This document shows positions 47,582 through 57,820 of a DNA stretch of 64,000 nt, in pieces (the first letter of the stretch is position 1; the number at the start of each line of letters is the position of its first letter). A program made the position numbers and the translations under genes. The notes under the pieces were generated by a model that was not told where the DNA came from, did no database searches, and saw only the letters and a program-made list of their open reading frames with translations. Source of the DNA: Verrucomicrobiota bacterium (GTDB taxonomy: Bacteria; Verrucomicrobiota; Verrucomicrobiia; Limisphaerales; Palsa-1400); assembly GCA_049510745.1 (NCBI GenBank), contig JBEKYR010000015.1, positions 32,001 to 96,000 of the forward strand. The letters run 5' to 3'.

Positions 47582-48894
47582 CGGTCACACTCTCCCATCA
47601 CAAAATCCAGCGAGCCGAAGATCGCCACCGTGTCGCTCACCATGTGGCCTGGCATTAAATGCGGCAGGATGCTCAGGTTGGCGAACGACGGCGACCGGAT
47701 TTTCATGCGGTGCGGCGTCCCTCCGCCTTTGCTGTGAATGTAAAAACCCAGCTCCCCCTTTGGATTCTCCGCGCTGAAATAAATCTCCCCCGGCGGCGCG
47801 TTGACTCCTTCGGTGACGAGGATGAATTGGTGGATCAACTCCTCCATGCTCGTCAGCACCTTGAATTTGGAAGGCAGCACGATCTTGCCGTCGGCGATGT
47901 GGATCGGCTCCTTGGCCTGGTTGTCCGCTCCGCCGGGGATTTTGTCCAGGCATTGCCGCAACAAGCGCACGCTCTGCCGCATTTCCTCGATCCGCACCAG
48001 GTAACGGTCATAACAATCGCCCGCCGATCCGACCGGGACCTCAAATTCCAACTGGTCATAGACCAAGTAGGGACGGGCCTTGCGCAGATCAAAATCGAGC
48101 CCGCTGCCGCGCAGGTTCGGGCCGCTCAGGCCGTAGTCAATCGCCGCTTCGCGCGAAATCACGCCCACGTCCCGCGTGCGATCCATGAAAATTTTATTGC
48201 GCGTGAGCAGTTTCTCCGTCTCGTCGATGTTGACGACCACTTCCTCGAGGAACTGGCGGCATTGCCCGGCCCACCCTGGCGGCAAATCCCGCGACAACCC
48301 GCCGATGCGCGTGTAAGTGGTGGTAAAGCGGGCCCCGGTCAGTGCCTCGATCAAGTTGTAAATTTTTTCGCGTTCGGTGAACGTGAACAGGAAAACCGTC
48401 AGCGCCCCCACGTCCATGGCGAACGACCCCAGCCCGAGCAAATGCGCCGAGACCCGCGCCAATTCGCAGCAGATCACCCGAATGTACTGACAGCGCGGCG
48501 GCAGGGCCTTGTCCACGCCGAGCAACCTCTCCACCGCCAGCGCGTAGGCGACGTTGTTGGCCAGCGGCGCCAGGTAATCCAGCCGATCCGTGTAAGGAAT
48601 GAACTGGTTGTACGTCATGTTCTCGGCGATCTTCTCGTCGCCCCGATGCAGGTAGCCGATGTCCGGCGTCGCCTTGGTGATGATTTCGCCGTCCAATTCC
48701 AGCACCAGCCGAAGCACGCCGTGCGTGGCCGGATGCGACGGCCCCATGTTCAGGATCATCTTCTCGCCGTGAATGTCCGGCAATTCATCCGTGTCCGCCG
48801 CGGGCGCGGGTTGCGGTGGGGTGAGGTTGGCCTGCGCCGCCGCCGCGCGCGCCGCCGCGTCTCCAACCTGCATCTCGTGTGTCGTCGTGGCCAT
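47578..48894 (-). CDS. nuoD: NADH-quinone oxidoreductase subunit D
   Basis: NMGPSHPATHGVLRL, GYLHRG, ENPKGELG, GECDR. Confidence 0.97.
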   Translation of the reverse strand: MATTTHEMQVGDAAARAAAAQANLTPPQPAPAADTDELPDIHGEKMILNMGPSHPATHGVLRLVLELDGEIITKATPDIGYLHRGDEKIAENMTYNQFIPYTDRLDYLAPLANNVAYALAVERLLGVDKALPPRCQYIRVICCELARVSAHLLGLGSFAMDVGALTVFLFTFTEREKIYNLIEALTGARFTTTYTRIGGLSRDLPPGWAGQCRQFLEEVVVNIDETEKLLTRNKIFMDRTRDVGVISREAAIDYGLSGPNLRGSGLDFDLRKARPYLVYDQLEFEVPVGSAGDCYDRYLVRIEEMRQSVRLLRQCLDKIPGGADNQAKEPIHIADGKIVLPSKFKVLTSMEELIHQFILVTEGVNAPPGEIYFSAENPKGELGFYIHSKGGGTPHRMKIRSPSFANLSILPHLMPGHMVSDTVAIFGSLDFVMGECDR

Positions 48895-48897
48895 GTT

Positions 48898-49413
48898 CTA
48901 CGAGCGTGTCCTCTTCTTTTTCGGCCCTCTTTGGGTCACTTCCCCTTCACCGGCGATGGGCGGCGGGCCGCCTTGGCCCTGGATAATGGCCCCCGTCCAC
49001 GGTGGATATTGGTCTTTGTCCGGTGGAACAGGGCCGGGAACGATTACTTTGGCAACCGGCTGCGGACCGCTATCGACCAGTCTCTTGCCGTGCGCGTCGA
49101 TCCACAAACGCAGCCCTTCGAGCGCGCGCGCTCCCAACAAGATAAGATCACCCGGCTCCGCAAAAACGACCTCGTCCACCGTCTCCGAATCGCTGACTCG
49201 AATCATCGCGTATCCGACGTCCCGATAAACCTGCTGCCCGTTGGCCATTGTAAAAGTCTGCCGCTTCTCCGGCTTGACCTCAATTTGATCCAACTGCCGG
49301 CGCGCAATCCACGTCGCCTCGCTGCCCGTATCCACCATCAAACGCGGGATTTTCACCGCTTTCTCGCGGTCAACATGATTCTTGAGCAAACAGCCGACGG
49401 TGAATGATCCCAT
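48898..49413 (-). CDS. Retropepsin-like (clan AA) aspartyl protease
   Basis: LMVDTGSEAT catalytic motif, TMANG flap, LLGARALE; ATG overlaps the nuoC stop (TAATG). Confidence 0.85.
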   Translation of the reverse strand: MGSFTVGCLLKNHVDREKAVKIPRLMVDTGSEATWIARRQLDQIEVKPEKRQTFTMANGQQVYRDVGYAMIRVSDSETVDEVVFAEPGDLILLGARALEGLRLWIDAHGKRLVDSGPQPVAKVIVPGPVPPDKDQYPPWTGAIIQGQGGPPPIAGEGEVTQRGPKKKRTRS

Positions 49414-50051
49414 TATTTCTCCTCCTTCGCGGCTGTTTTGGTTGTTTCGGGCGCGGGGACCTCTTTGCGGTCGTCCGTTTCCGGCGCGCGCACGCGCGGC
49501 TCGCGGGCGGTGGCGCTTTTCCCGCCCGCCAGGGTCACAAACGGCCCCCCTTCCAGCGGCGCGGCATTGGTGAACGCCACTTCGGGAACATCCGACGGCT
49601 TGCCCGACAGCGGGAAATCCTTGCGCAACGGAAAATACGGGTAGCCGTCCCACATCAGAATCCGCCGCAGATCAGGATGATTGCGAAAACGAATCCCCAT
49701 CATGTCGTACACTTCGCGCTCGTGCCAGTCCGCCGTTTTCCAAACGCCCGTCACGGTCGGCAATTCCAACTCCTCCTCGCTGACGTTGGTCTTGACCCGC
49801 AGCGCGCAACGATGCCCGTACCCGAAGAGATGATACACCACCGTCCAGCGCGGGTCGGCCCCGTAATTGTCCACGCTGCTGACATCGACCAGGAAATCAA
49901 AGCCGAGTTGTTTTTTGGCGAAATCGCACACCTCGGCGATGCAGTCCGCCTCGGACAATTGCACGGTGATTTCGCCCCGGAACTCGGCCGGCTCGGAGAT
50001 CAGGTCTCCAAAACGTCCTTTTAACTGTTGCGCAAGTTCGCGGGCAGTCAT
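49413..50051 (-). CDS. nuoC: NADH-quinone oxidoreductase subunit C
   Basis: ADWHEREVYDMMGI.F.NHPDLRRILM...PLRKDFP. Confidence 0.96.
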   Translation of the reverse strand: MTARELAQQLKGRFGDLISEPAEFRGEITVQLSEADCIAEVCDFAKKQLGFDFLVDVSSVDNYGADPRWTVVYHLFGYGHRCALRVKTNVSEEELELPTVTGVWKTADWHEREVYDMMGIRFRNHPDLRRILMWDGYPYFPLRKDFPLSGKPSDVPEVAFTNAAPLEGGPFVTLAGGKSATAREPRVRAPETDDRKEVPAPETTKTAAKEEK

Positions 50052-50074
50052 GGAAATTCAATCATCGGGCGCCT

Positions 50075-50584
50075 TCAGGCAACCCGCTTTTGCAAGGAGA
50101 GAAACGGCTCCCGGCTCACCTTGCCTTGCAGTTTTATCAGGGCGTCCAGCAACGCTTCCGGGCGCGGTGGACAGCCGGCGACATAGACATCCACCGGCAG
50201 AATTCGATCGACCCCTTGCAGCACCGCGTAACTGCGATACATGCCGCCGGTCGAGGCGCAGGCCCCCATGGCGATGACCCATTTCGGCTCGGCCATTTGT
50301 TCGTAAATGCGCCGCACCGCCGTGGCCATTTTGTAGGTCACCGTCCCGGCCACGATCATCACGTCGGATTGGCGCGGGGAAAAGCGCATCACCTCCGAGC
50401 CGAACCGGGCGATGTCGAACCGGCTGGCGCCCGCCGCCATCAATTCGATGGCGCAGCACGCCAAGCCCATCGGCATGGGCCACAGCGAGTTCTTGCGGAA
50501 CCAATTGATGGCCGCATCCAGGCGGGTGTGAACCACATCGCCTTCGACCTTCGAGTTATACCCGATTTCAGTTTGGGTTGTCAT
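50075..50584 (-). CDS. nuoB: NADH-quinone oxidoreductase subunit B
   Basis: [27 protein letters not shown]. Start set at MTTQTE. Confidence 0.96.
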   Translation of the reverse strand: MTTQTEIGYNSKVEGDVVHTRLDAAINWFRKNSLWPMPMGLACCAIELMAAGASRFDIARFGSEVMRFSPRQSDVMIVAGTVTYKMATAVRRIYEQMAEPKWVIAMGACASTGGMYRSYAVLQGVDRILPVDVYVAGCPPRPEALLDALIKLQGKVSREPFLSLQKRVA

Positions 50585-50649
50585 GGAGTACCGACCCTCT
50601 GTCAATGACCCTTTCACTAAACATCCGAAAGCAGATCGAGGCAAGTACT

Positions 50650-50667
50650 TTGTGCCATTTTTCACAA
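50650..50667. promoter_or_regulatory. Rex/CRP-like palindromic operator upstream of nuoB
   Basis: TTGTGCCATTTTTCACAA matches 12/14 of TTGTGAA-N4-TTCACAA and 9/10 of TGTGA-N6-TCACA. Confidence 0.55.
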
Positions 50668-50842
50668 GCCCCACAATCACTAGCGACTTCTTCGGGAGCG
50701 GTCGTCCCGCCGACGGAACCCCTATTCGGGACGCGGTGCCCCGCGTCCATTGACGTCTCAGCCGCCGGCGGAACTCGTTCCGCGGCAAACTTCACCCTAT
50801 GGTGAACAGAATGAGCACATCGCTTAACGATTCCCGCCGCCC

Positions 50843-51310
50843 TTACCGGGCTGGCGCCAGACGCCTGGCTTCTTGTTCGGCCCATTGCGCCAACTGCTGG
50901 CGTTGTTGCGCGTCGAGGCGCGCCTCGCGGTGCAGCCAGGTGTACGGGCGCAGGGGCATGTCGCCGGAATCGACGGCGTCGGCCAGGCGTCTCCATTTCT
51001 TGCGGGCGCGGCCCCGTTCGTCATGGGGCCACTCGGAGAAATTGAGGGCCGCGCGCCCGTCGTTCACGTGGCCGGCCAAGGACCATGAAACGGGGGCCAC
51101 GTAGCTATACCACGGCCAATGGGTTTCATAAGAGTGGCAGTCGTAGCAGGCATGTTTGAGGAGAACGGCCACGGCCGGCGGCGGCGGGTTGGTGGCCAGC
51201 AAATCGTGTCCCGGCAGCACGGGCGGATTGGAATGCGCCGGATTGGCCAATTGCAGCGCGGCGGCCAAGAGCAACCCCGCGCCGCCAACCCATTTGAGCG
51301 GCCTCTTCAT
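50843..51310 (-). CDS. Haem-binding domain c-type cytochrome (Haem_bd-like)
   Basis: ACYDCHS.ET.WPWYS.VAPVSW, LNFSEW, MPLRPY. Confidence 0.88.
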   Translation of the reverse strand: MKRPLKWVGGAGLLLAAALQLANPAHSNPPVLPGHDLLATNPPPPAVAVLLKHACYDCHSYETHWPWYSYVAPVSWSLAGHVNDGRAALNFSEWPHDERGRARKKWRRLADAVDSGDMPLRPYTWLHREARLDAQQRQQLAQWAEQEARRLAPAR

Positions 51311-51409
51311 TTCACCATCAACCTGGTTCGCCGGGTTTGAGGCGCCACCACAAATTAAGTTCAGAGCCGGCGCGGTTGGGGCAGGATCGGGGGACCATAT
51401 TGGTGAAGG

Positions 51410-52094
<685 letters not shown>

Positions 52095-52102
<8 letters not shown>

Positions 52103-53375
52103 AGCGCAAAGCCTCCACCGGTTGCAGTCGGCTGGCCTTCCAGGCCGGGAACAACCCGGCCAGGATGCAGGTGACAAAGGCCGTCCCGCAGATGAGCGCC
52201 ACGTCCGGCAACTGGATCGAGGCGGGCAGATCATAGACGTGATAAATCGAGGCCGGCAACAACTCCATGTGCGTGAGCTTGCGCATGAATTCCAGAAAAT
52301 CATTCCGATACGCCAGCGCCAACAGCGCCATGCCCAGGCCCAGCCCGACACCCAGGACGCCCACCACGATGCTTTGGCTCAGAAAAATCCACAAAATCTG
52401 CCGCCCGCTCGCGCCCAGCGCCTTGAGGATGCCGATTTCGCGCGTCTTCTGCACCACAAACGTGATCTGGCAATTCACAATCCCGAACGCCGCCACTATC
52501 ATGATGAAGAACAGCAGGTAAAACATCATGTTCTTTTCCACCGCCAGCGCGTTGAAGATTTCCGGGCTTTCCTGTCTCCAGGTGTAAACGTCCACCCCTG
52601 GCCCGATCGCCGCCTGCAACTGTTGGGCCGCCGCCTCCGCCAGAAACGGATCGCGCAACTTCACCTGCAACGCCTGGGCCGTCTCGTCCGGCATCCCTTG
52701 CAATTCGCGCGCGTCCTCCAGCGACGTCACAATGACCGAACTGTTGTAATCGGGAAAACCCACGTCAAAAACCCCGCGCACGGTGAAATCCTCCGCCAAC
52801 ACCACTTCCGCGTTGGTTTTGCCCATGCTGGCCTGCATTTTTTCCAGGCTGCTGGCCGAATAGATCGCCACCCGGTCGCCGACTGCCAGGCCCATCCGGG
52901 CGGCGAAGTCGCGTCCGATGACCAGTCCCTTGTCGTTCACATCGAAGCTCCCGGCCACCATGCTTTCGGGCAGCACGTTGACCGAGCCGAGAGTTTCGGG
53001 ATCGACGCCGAACAAGAGCGGGGCCGCCTGTTTGGCGGCGCCGGTGTCCGGCTCGGTTTTCAGCAAAGCCTGGCCGCGAATAAAGGGCGAGACGCCGGTC
53101 ACCGCCGGGTTGGCGGCGGCGGTGCGCATGAGGGCCTGGTAATTGGTCAGGGGTTGGTCGCGGTCCGCCGGATAGACCTTGATGTGCGCGTTGAAGCCCA
53201 GGATGGTATGGCGCCATTCCTGGTCGAATCCGCTCATGACCGCGATGACGATGATGAGCACCGCCACGCCGAGCAGGACGCCGATGATGGAAATGACGGT
53301 GATGACCGAGACAAACGTCCGGCGGGGTCGCAAATAGCGGAGCGCCAAAAAAGCCTCAAACGGCAACCTCGACAT
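52095..53375 (-). CDS. Lipoprotein-releasing permease LolC/E
   Basis: ALRYLR...LGVAVLIIVIAVMSGF, KTREIGILKALGA, PVEALRYE. Confidence 0.9.
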
Positions 53376-53682
53376 GCCCGGATGTTCAACGACCAATTAA
53401 GAATTGCAAGAGTCTTTCTGGGGCGTTTCCTGCGGCGGAGGGTGTCTTTTTTGTAGCCGACGAAGCAGCGACTTTGGCCGGTTTTGAGTGTGCGACCTCC
53501 CATAGCGGCTCCCACAGCCGTGCAGGTGCCGGTTTCCTTTTTCACTTCTTTGGAATTATTCGTGGGGGCGCTTCCACCTTGAAGATGCCAATTTAGCCCA
53601 AAACAGGCAATTTTTGCCGCATTTTCAAATTAAGCTTACCCAACAATCATTGCGAGATTGGAATAATTTACAATATCGGCGA

Positions 53683-53698
53683 TGGCATAGAGCGTGCT
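53683..53698 (+). promoter_or_regulatory. Sigma54 (-24/-12) promoter of the pilin cluster
   Basis: TGGCATAGAGCGTGCT with GG-N10-GC spacing. A GGCAA-TTT-TTGCC palindrome lies upstream at 53606-53618. Confidence 0.6.
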
Positions 53699-53723
53699 GC
53701 TGTCAAACGACTGACGCTATAAT

Positions 53724-54557
53724 ATGAGGCGCCTTTTAGCAACTGCAAGCGTGGAAAAGAGGTTCTTTTCCCAAGAAAATAGGTTGACGCTTGGCGGCTC
53801 CAAAAAACTCAAGCCGCAATTGCAAGCGGCACGCAAATGGCACCGCTTTGAGACGTGTGGAGACTCGCTCAACCGCCGGTGGATTTCCGGGGAAGGTTTG
53901 TGCAACCCGATTGCAGCGGTTCGGCTTTCCATCTTTGGCGGTTCTGGATGCTCTTGTTCCAAAACGGCTGCGAAATTCTCCCCGCCCGCACGGACCTGGG
54001 CCCCCTCCGGTTTATTTAAGCAAGGATGGGGACAAGCCCGCGCTGGATTCCGCAAAACAAAAGGGGCTGCCGCGTTCTCATTGATGGAAGTCATGATCGC
54101 CTTGGGACTATTGGGGATCTTTGTTGCCGCTTGCCTGGCGGCAATCGTCACTAACCAGGTCTGCGACAGAAAAGCAAAGGAAGAGGCGATAGCGATGGAC
54201 TTCCTGACCAAATATGTCGAGAACATCAAGGCGCTGCCCTTCGCATCGGTCGCCCCGGGATTGCCCATCAACTCAATCTATAATGGCGCTGCTGGTGCGC
54301 CCCTCATCACCATTCCGGTGAACAGTTCCTGGGTTTCGCTCAACACGATCGCCTTCCAAACTTTTTATCCCGATCTGTTGTGGTTGAGCAATCGCAATCC
54401 AATGATGCAGGTGGCTTTGACGCGAAATAGCGTTGCTGGAACACTGCATGACATAGAGATCAACGTCAAAATTGATTGGGACGCTCCACTGGCCAAGGGT
54501 GGACGGCTGGAAGTTCAGGTTGATTTGTTGCGGACGGCAGATGTGCCGACGTTATGA
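53724..54557 (+). CDS. PilV-like minor pilin/pseudopilin (true start uncertain)
   Basis: AAFSLMEVMIALGLLGIFVAACLAAI prepilin cleavage motif near residue 117. Confidence 0.75.
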   Translation: MRRLLATASVEKRFFSQENRLTLGGSKKLKPQLQAARKWHRFETCGDSLNRRWISGEGLCNPIAAVRLSIFGGSGCSCSKTAAKFSPPARTWAPSGLFKQGWGQARAGFRKTKGAAAFSLMEVMIALGLLGIFVAACLAAIVTNQVCDRKAKEEAIAMDFLTKYVENIKALPFASVAPGLPINSIYNGAAGAPLITIPVNSSWVSLNTIAFQTFYPDLLWLSNRNPMMQVALTRNSVAGTLHDIEINVKIDWDAPLAKGGRLEVQVDLLRTADVPTL

Positions 54558-55168
54558 GAACAGCCTCAACCAACCCCGCTCCTCGAATTTTCCAGCGAGC
54601 CTTCACTCTGGCGGAACTGATGGTTGCCGCCGGTGTCGGCATGGGTCTGGCCGGAACTGCGGTTCTGCTCCTGCTCCAATCGGCAACGGAGCAACGGCGT
54701 GGATTTGCCGACACGACCGTTGAAGAAGAAGCTCACACTTTGCAGGCTAACATTACCGCCTGCCTGCGCAGCATGAGCGCCACCCAAGGGCTTACGCCCA
54801 ACTATTCGAGCGGCCTCTACGATGGCAATGGACATCTGTTGGGATACCAATCGGTCTTTATATTTAACCCCACCAATGGCGCCTACATTACCGGGAACAT
54901 TAGTTATAACTCATCTTCCGGACAAGTTATCTACACCCCCAACGTTTTGGCTCCCTCGACACAGATGCTGTGGATGACCAACAGCGCGTCCGCCGTGTTG
55001 ACCGAGCTTTACTTCTCCACTTCCTTTAATCTGGATGGCTCGCAGAATAATTCACTCGTGAATGTGGTCTTTCAAATGAATGACAATGGATTTTCGCAGG
55101 AGAACCCGACAAATAATCCGGCCAGCATATTTCGCAACTTTTCGGTTCAGATGCGAAACGATAATTAA
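54554..55168 (+). CDS. PilW-like minor pilin/pseudopilin
   Basis: RAFTLAELMVAAGVGMGLAG prepilin motif. Confidence 0.85.
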   Translation: MRTASTNPAPRIFQRAFTLAELMVAAGVGMGLAGTAVLLLLQSATEQRRGFADTTVEEEAHTLQANITACLRSMSATQGLTPNYSSGLYDGNGHLLGYQSVFIFNPTNGAYITGNISYNSSSGQVIYTPNVLAPSTQMLWMTNSASAVLTELYFSTSFNLDGSQNNSLVNVVFQMNDNGFSQENPTNNPASIFRNFSVQMRNDN

Positions 55169-55181
55169 ATTCTAAGCCGTC

Positions 55182-56885
55182 GTGCATACTCCATCCATAA
55201 ACCACCGTCCAGAGCAAGGCTCCACCCTCCTGCAAGTCGTCGTTGCCGGTGCCATCATTTGCATGACCGCTGCCTCCACCCTCATAATGAGCGCCAATTC
55301 CATTAATAGCGCGTGCGGGCGCGTGGATTGGGACAAGGCATTCTTCAACGCTGAAAATGCCGTGGTCTGGGCGGCCCAAACAGCCTTCGATACATCGCTG
55401 GCCCCCGGTTCAAGCAATTACTACTCGACCGCTCTCGGAACCCTGCCGCTTGGCTCCATCATTTCGCCTACCAATGGAGATGTCACATTCAAGGGCGCGT
55501 GGGTGCAAATTGTGCAACCCGGCGTTTCAGGGAGCAATGTTATTGTCATCACTGCGTCTGCCCGCGTCAACAACGCAATTCGCACCATTCAGGCCCAAAT
55601 TACGATCCGGCCCGCCAGCCAGGTATTCGACTATGAGTATTTTCTGAACAATTGGGGTTGGTGGTGGGGAAACACCATCACGGGCAATGGCGCCCAACGC
55701 GCCAACTGGGATTTTGATTTCAGGGACGGTCCAACCGTCAACGGCTCCATTTATGCCGCTGACCAGGTTGATGAGAATGAAATACCCATCCAAGCCTACG
55801 CGACGCCGCCTTTTGCCGGGCTGGCCGGAGCTGATGAAACCAATCTCGTCCACCAGGGCGCTCCACGAGTGGCCATGCCGAACCTGCTGAATTTTAGCAA
55901 CTACATTGCCACTGCCACGGCCAATACAAGCAGCAACGGCCTTTGGATCGGCACAAGGCAACTTGTTGCCGGCGCGTTGACAAACCATAGCATCCCCAAT
56001 CCCGGCGGCAACGACGGCAACCTTACCCCCCAAACCGGGCTGTATCTAGCGGGCACTCCCAGCTCGCCGATCATCGTCAAAGGCACGGTGGTAATACCTG
56101 GTGACCTTGTCATTCAAGGAACAGTCACCGGACAGGGCACTCTGTATGTGGGAGGAAACCTTTACATAGCCAATAACATCACCTATGCCCATGGCCCGGA
56201 CTTCAGCACGCCCCCGGAAACCAAAGAACCCTCCGTCCGCGACGCTTGGGTTGCGCAAAACATGACCAATGACTTGGTCGCTTACGCCGTCAGAGGTTCT
56301 ATTTTGGCGGGTGACGTAACTGACCCCGATTGGATCAACTATTGTTACAATTATCCTGGCAGCGGCCTGGCTAATGTGGGTGACGAATCGCATCTGGGTG
56401 CGGACGGGATCGCCAACACCCCCGACGATAACATCCCGTTCCTTCATGCCGACGGCTCGATGAGCACCTGGTATGATGCCGACGGAGATGGCGTCATGGA
56501 GGCCAACTACAATTACAACACGGACATAAACATGACCCCCGCCCGGGCAACGAATATTGTAGGATATCCCACGGATGTCAATGGCAATCCCCTCGCCTAT
56601 AATCAGGTGGCGACCGACAACATGGGCACGCTGGAGGGAATTTTTTACACGGATCACGCTGCCGCGATGCGCCTGGCCCAAAGCACCGCCGTCTTCCACG
56701 GTGTAATTGTTTCGCGCAATGAACAGATTGTATTTCAGAACTATCTCACTCTGAATTATGATTCGCGTGTCAACAGCCGCTATAATAACAACCCGAATCA
56801 GTTCATCAACCTGGGCTTGCCTTGGGGCAAGCCGCTCCAGGTGAATAGTTTTGCCGAGCTGGCTCCAAATGGAACGGGGCTATGA
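55182..56885 (+). CDS. Large PilX/GspK-like protein
   Basis: EQGSTLLQVVVAG (no Glu5), KAFFNAENAV, VITASARV; beta-rich C-terminal region with DADGDG. Confidence 0.75.
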   Translation: MHTPSINHRPEQGSTLLQVVVAGAIICMTAASTLIMSANSINSACGRVDWDKAFFNAENAVVWAAQTAFDTSLAPGSSNYYSTALGTLPLGSIISPTNGDVTFKGAWVQIVQPGVSGSNVIVITASARVNNAIRTIQAQITIRPASQVFDYEYFLNNWGWWWGNTITGNGAQRANWDFDFRDGPTVNGSIYAADQVDENEIPIQAYATPPFAGLAGADETNLVHQGAPRVAMPNLLNFSNYIATATANTSSNGLWIGTRQLVAGALTNHSIPNPGGNDGNLTPQTGLYLAGTPSSPIIVKGTVVIPGDLVIQGTVTGQGTLYVGGNLYIANNITYAHGPDFSTPPETKEPSVRDAWVAQNMTNDLVAYAVRGSILAGDVTDPDWINYCYNYPGSGLANVGDESHLGADGIANTPDDNIPFLHADGSMSTWYDADGDGVMEANYNYNTDINMTPARATNIVGYPTDVNGNPLAYNQVATDNMGTLEGIFYTDHAAAMRLAQSTAVFHGVIVSRNEQIVFQNYLTLNYDSRVNSRYNNNPNQFINLGLPWGKPLQVNSFAELAPNGTGL

Positions 56886-57709
56886 CCCGCGCTATGCGCC
56901 ATCGCGTCTTCAGACACAGCCTGATGGGGATTGCGGCCATCCTGGTCACGTTGGCCATGGCAATTCGCGCCGGCGCGGCCATATCGAACGGGCCAAATAA
57001 TACTAACGCCGTCGTCGCGGAACAGCAGCGCCTTTTGCAGTTCTTTCGGGCGGAGCAGTCCTATCAAGAACAATTGAGGGTGGGGCGGGAGCGTTATAAT
57101 CAGAAGCAAATTGACCGTGCCAAAGTCATTGCGGCCATGTCATCGGAACTTCAGGCCAGACAACAGACAGTCGTGCTTCAGCCCGAGGCAGCGCCGGACG
57201 GCAATACAGACGAACCGGCCGGGCGGTTTCGGCCTTCGCTGGCTGTGGCCGTGCTGGCAGTTGGTTTTATCGGCTTTGGATATTACTGGAACCGTCTGCG
57301 CGCGCAGGAAACGTTCGGCCAGGAGCGCAAGCCCATCGTCGTCCCGGTGGCGCCAGTTGTCGCGAGGTCAATGGCGGACGAAATCTTCTTTTGCAAAGGC
57401 GAAGGCGCGAACGGTCGTGGCCGTTATACGAAAGAGGGGGTTGTGGTTCTGAAAGGTTCCATCGGTCGCAAGAAGAATGCGCCATCCATTGTGGCGAAAT
57501 CGACCGAACCATTGCGGGCAAAGCTGCTCGACTCAGGCGTGATGCGCGAGGAAGGCGATACGGTCATTTTCGAGAAAGATCACTTGTTTCCGACGCCGAG
57601 CATGGCAGCGGTTGCGCTCTTGGGCAGGACGGTCAACGGGTGGCTTGAATGGAAAACCGAGGATGGCATAACGCTGGATACGGTGCAACGCCTGGAGGCG
57701 AGAGAGTAA
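56882..57709 (+). CDS. Membrane protein with C-terminal DUF4357/RAMA-like domain
   Basis: Signal peptide, coiled coil, TM (SLAVAVLAVGFIGFGYYW), then VVLKGS...FEKDHLFPTPSMAAVALLGRTVNGWLEWK. Confidence 0.75.
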   Translation: MTRAMRHRVFRHSLMGIAAILVTLAMAIRAGAAISNGPNNTNAVVAEQQRLLQFFRAEQSYQEQLRVGRERYNQKQIDRAKVIAAMSSELQARQQTVVLQPEAAPDGNTDEPAGRFRPSLAVAVLAVGFIGFGYYWNRLRAQETFGQERKPIVVPVAPVVARSMADEIFFCKGEGANGRGRYTKEGVVVLKGSIGRKKNAPSIVAKSTEPLRAKLLDSGVMREEGDTVIFEKDHLFPTPSMAAVALLGRTVNGWLEWKTEDGITLDTVQRLEARE

Positions 57710-57820
57710 TTGCGGCCCGCCATCCACAGTCCGAAACCCAGATAGGCTGGATTGATTTGCGGCGAAGTGAAGCTGTTCCAGATTGTCGTCGCAGTATATG
57801 ACGCGCGAGTCCGCCCGCCC

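Noticed and set aside
53376..53605. Possible riboswitch or ncRNA upstream of lolC/E
   Set aside because: No family consensus could be recognised by eye. An Rfam/Infernal scan would be needed.
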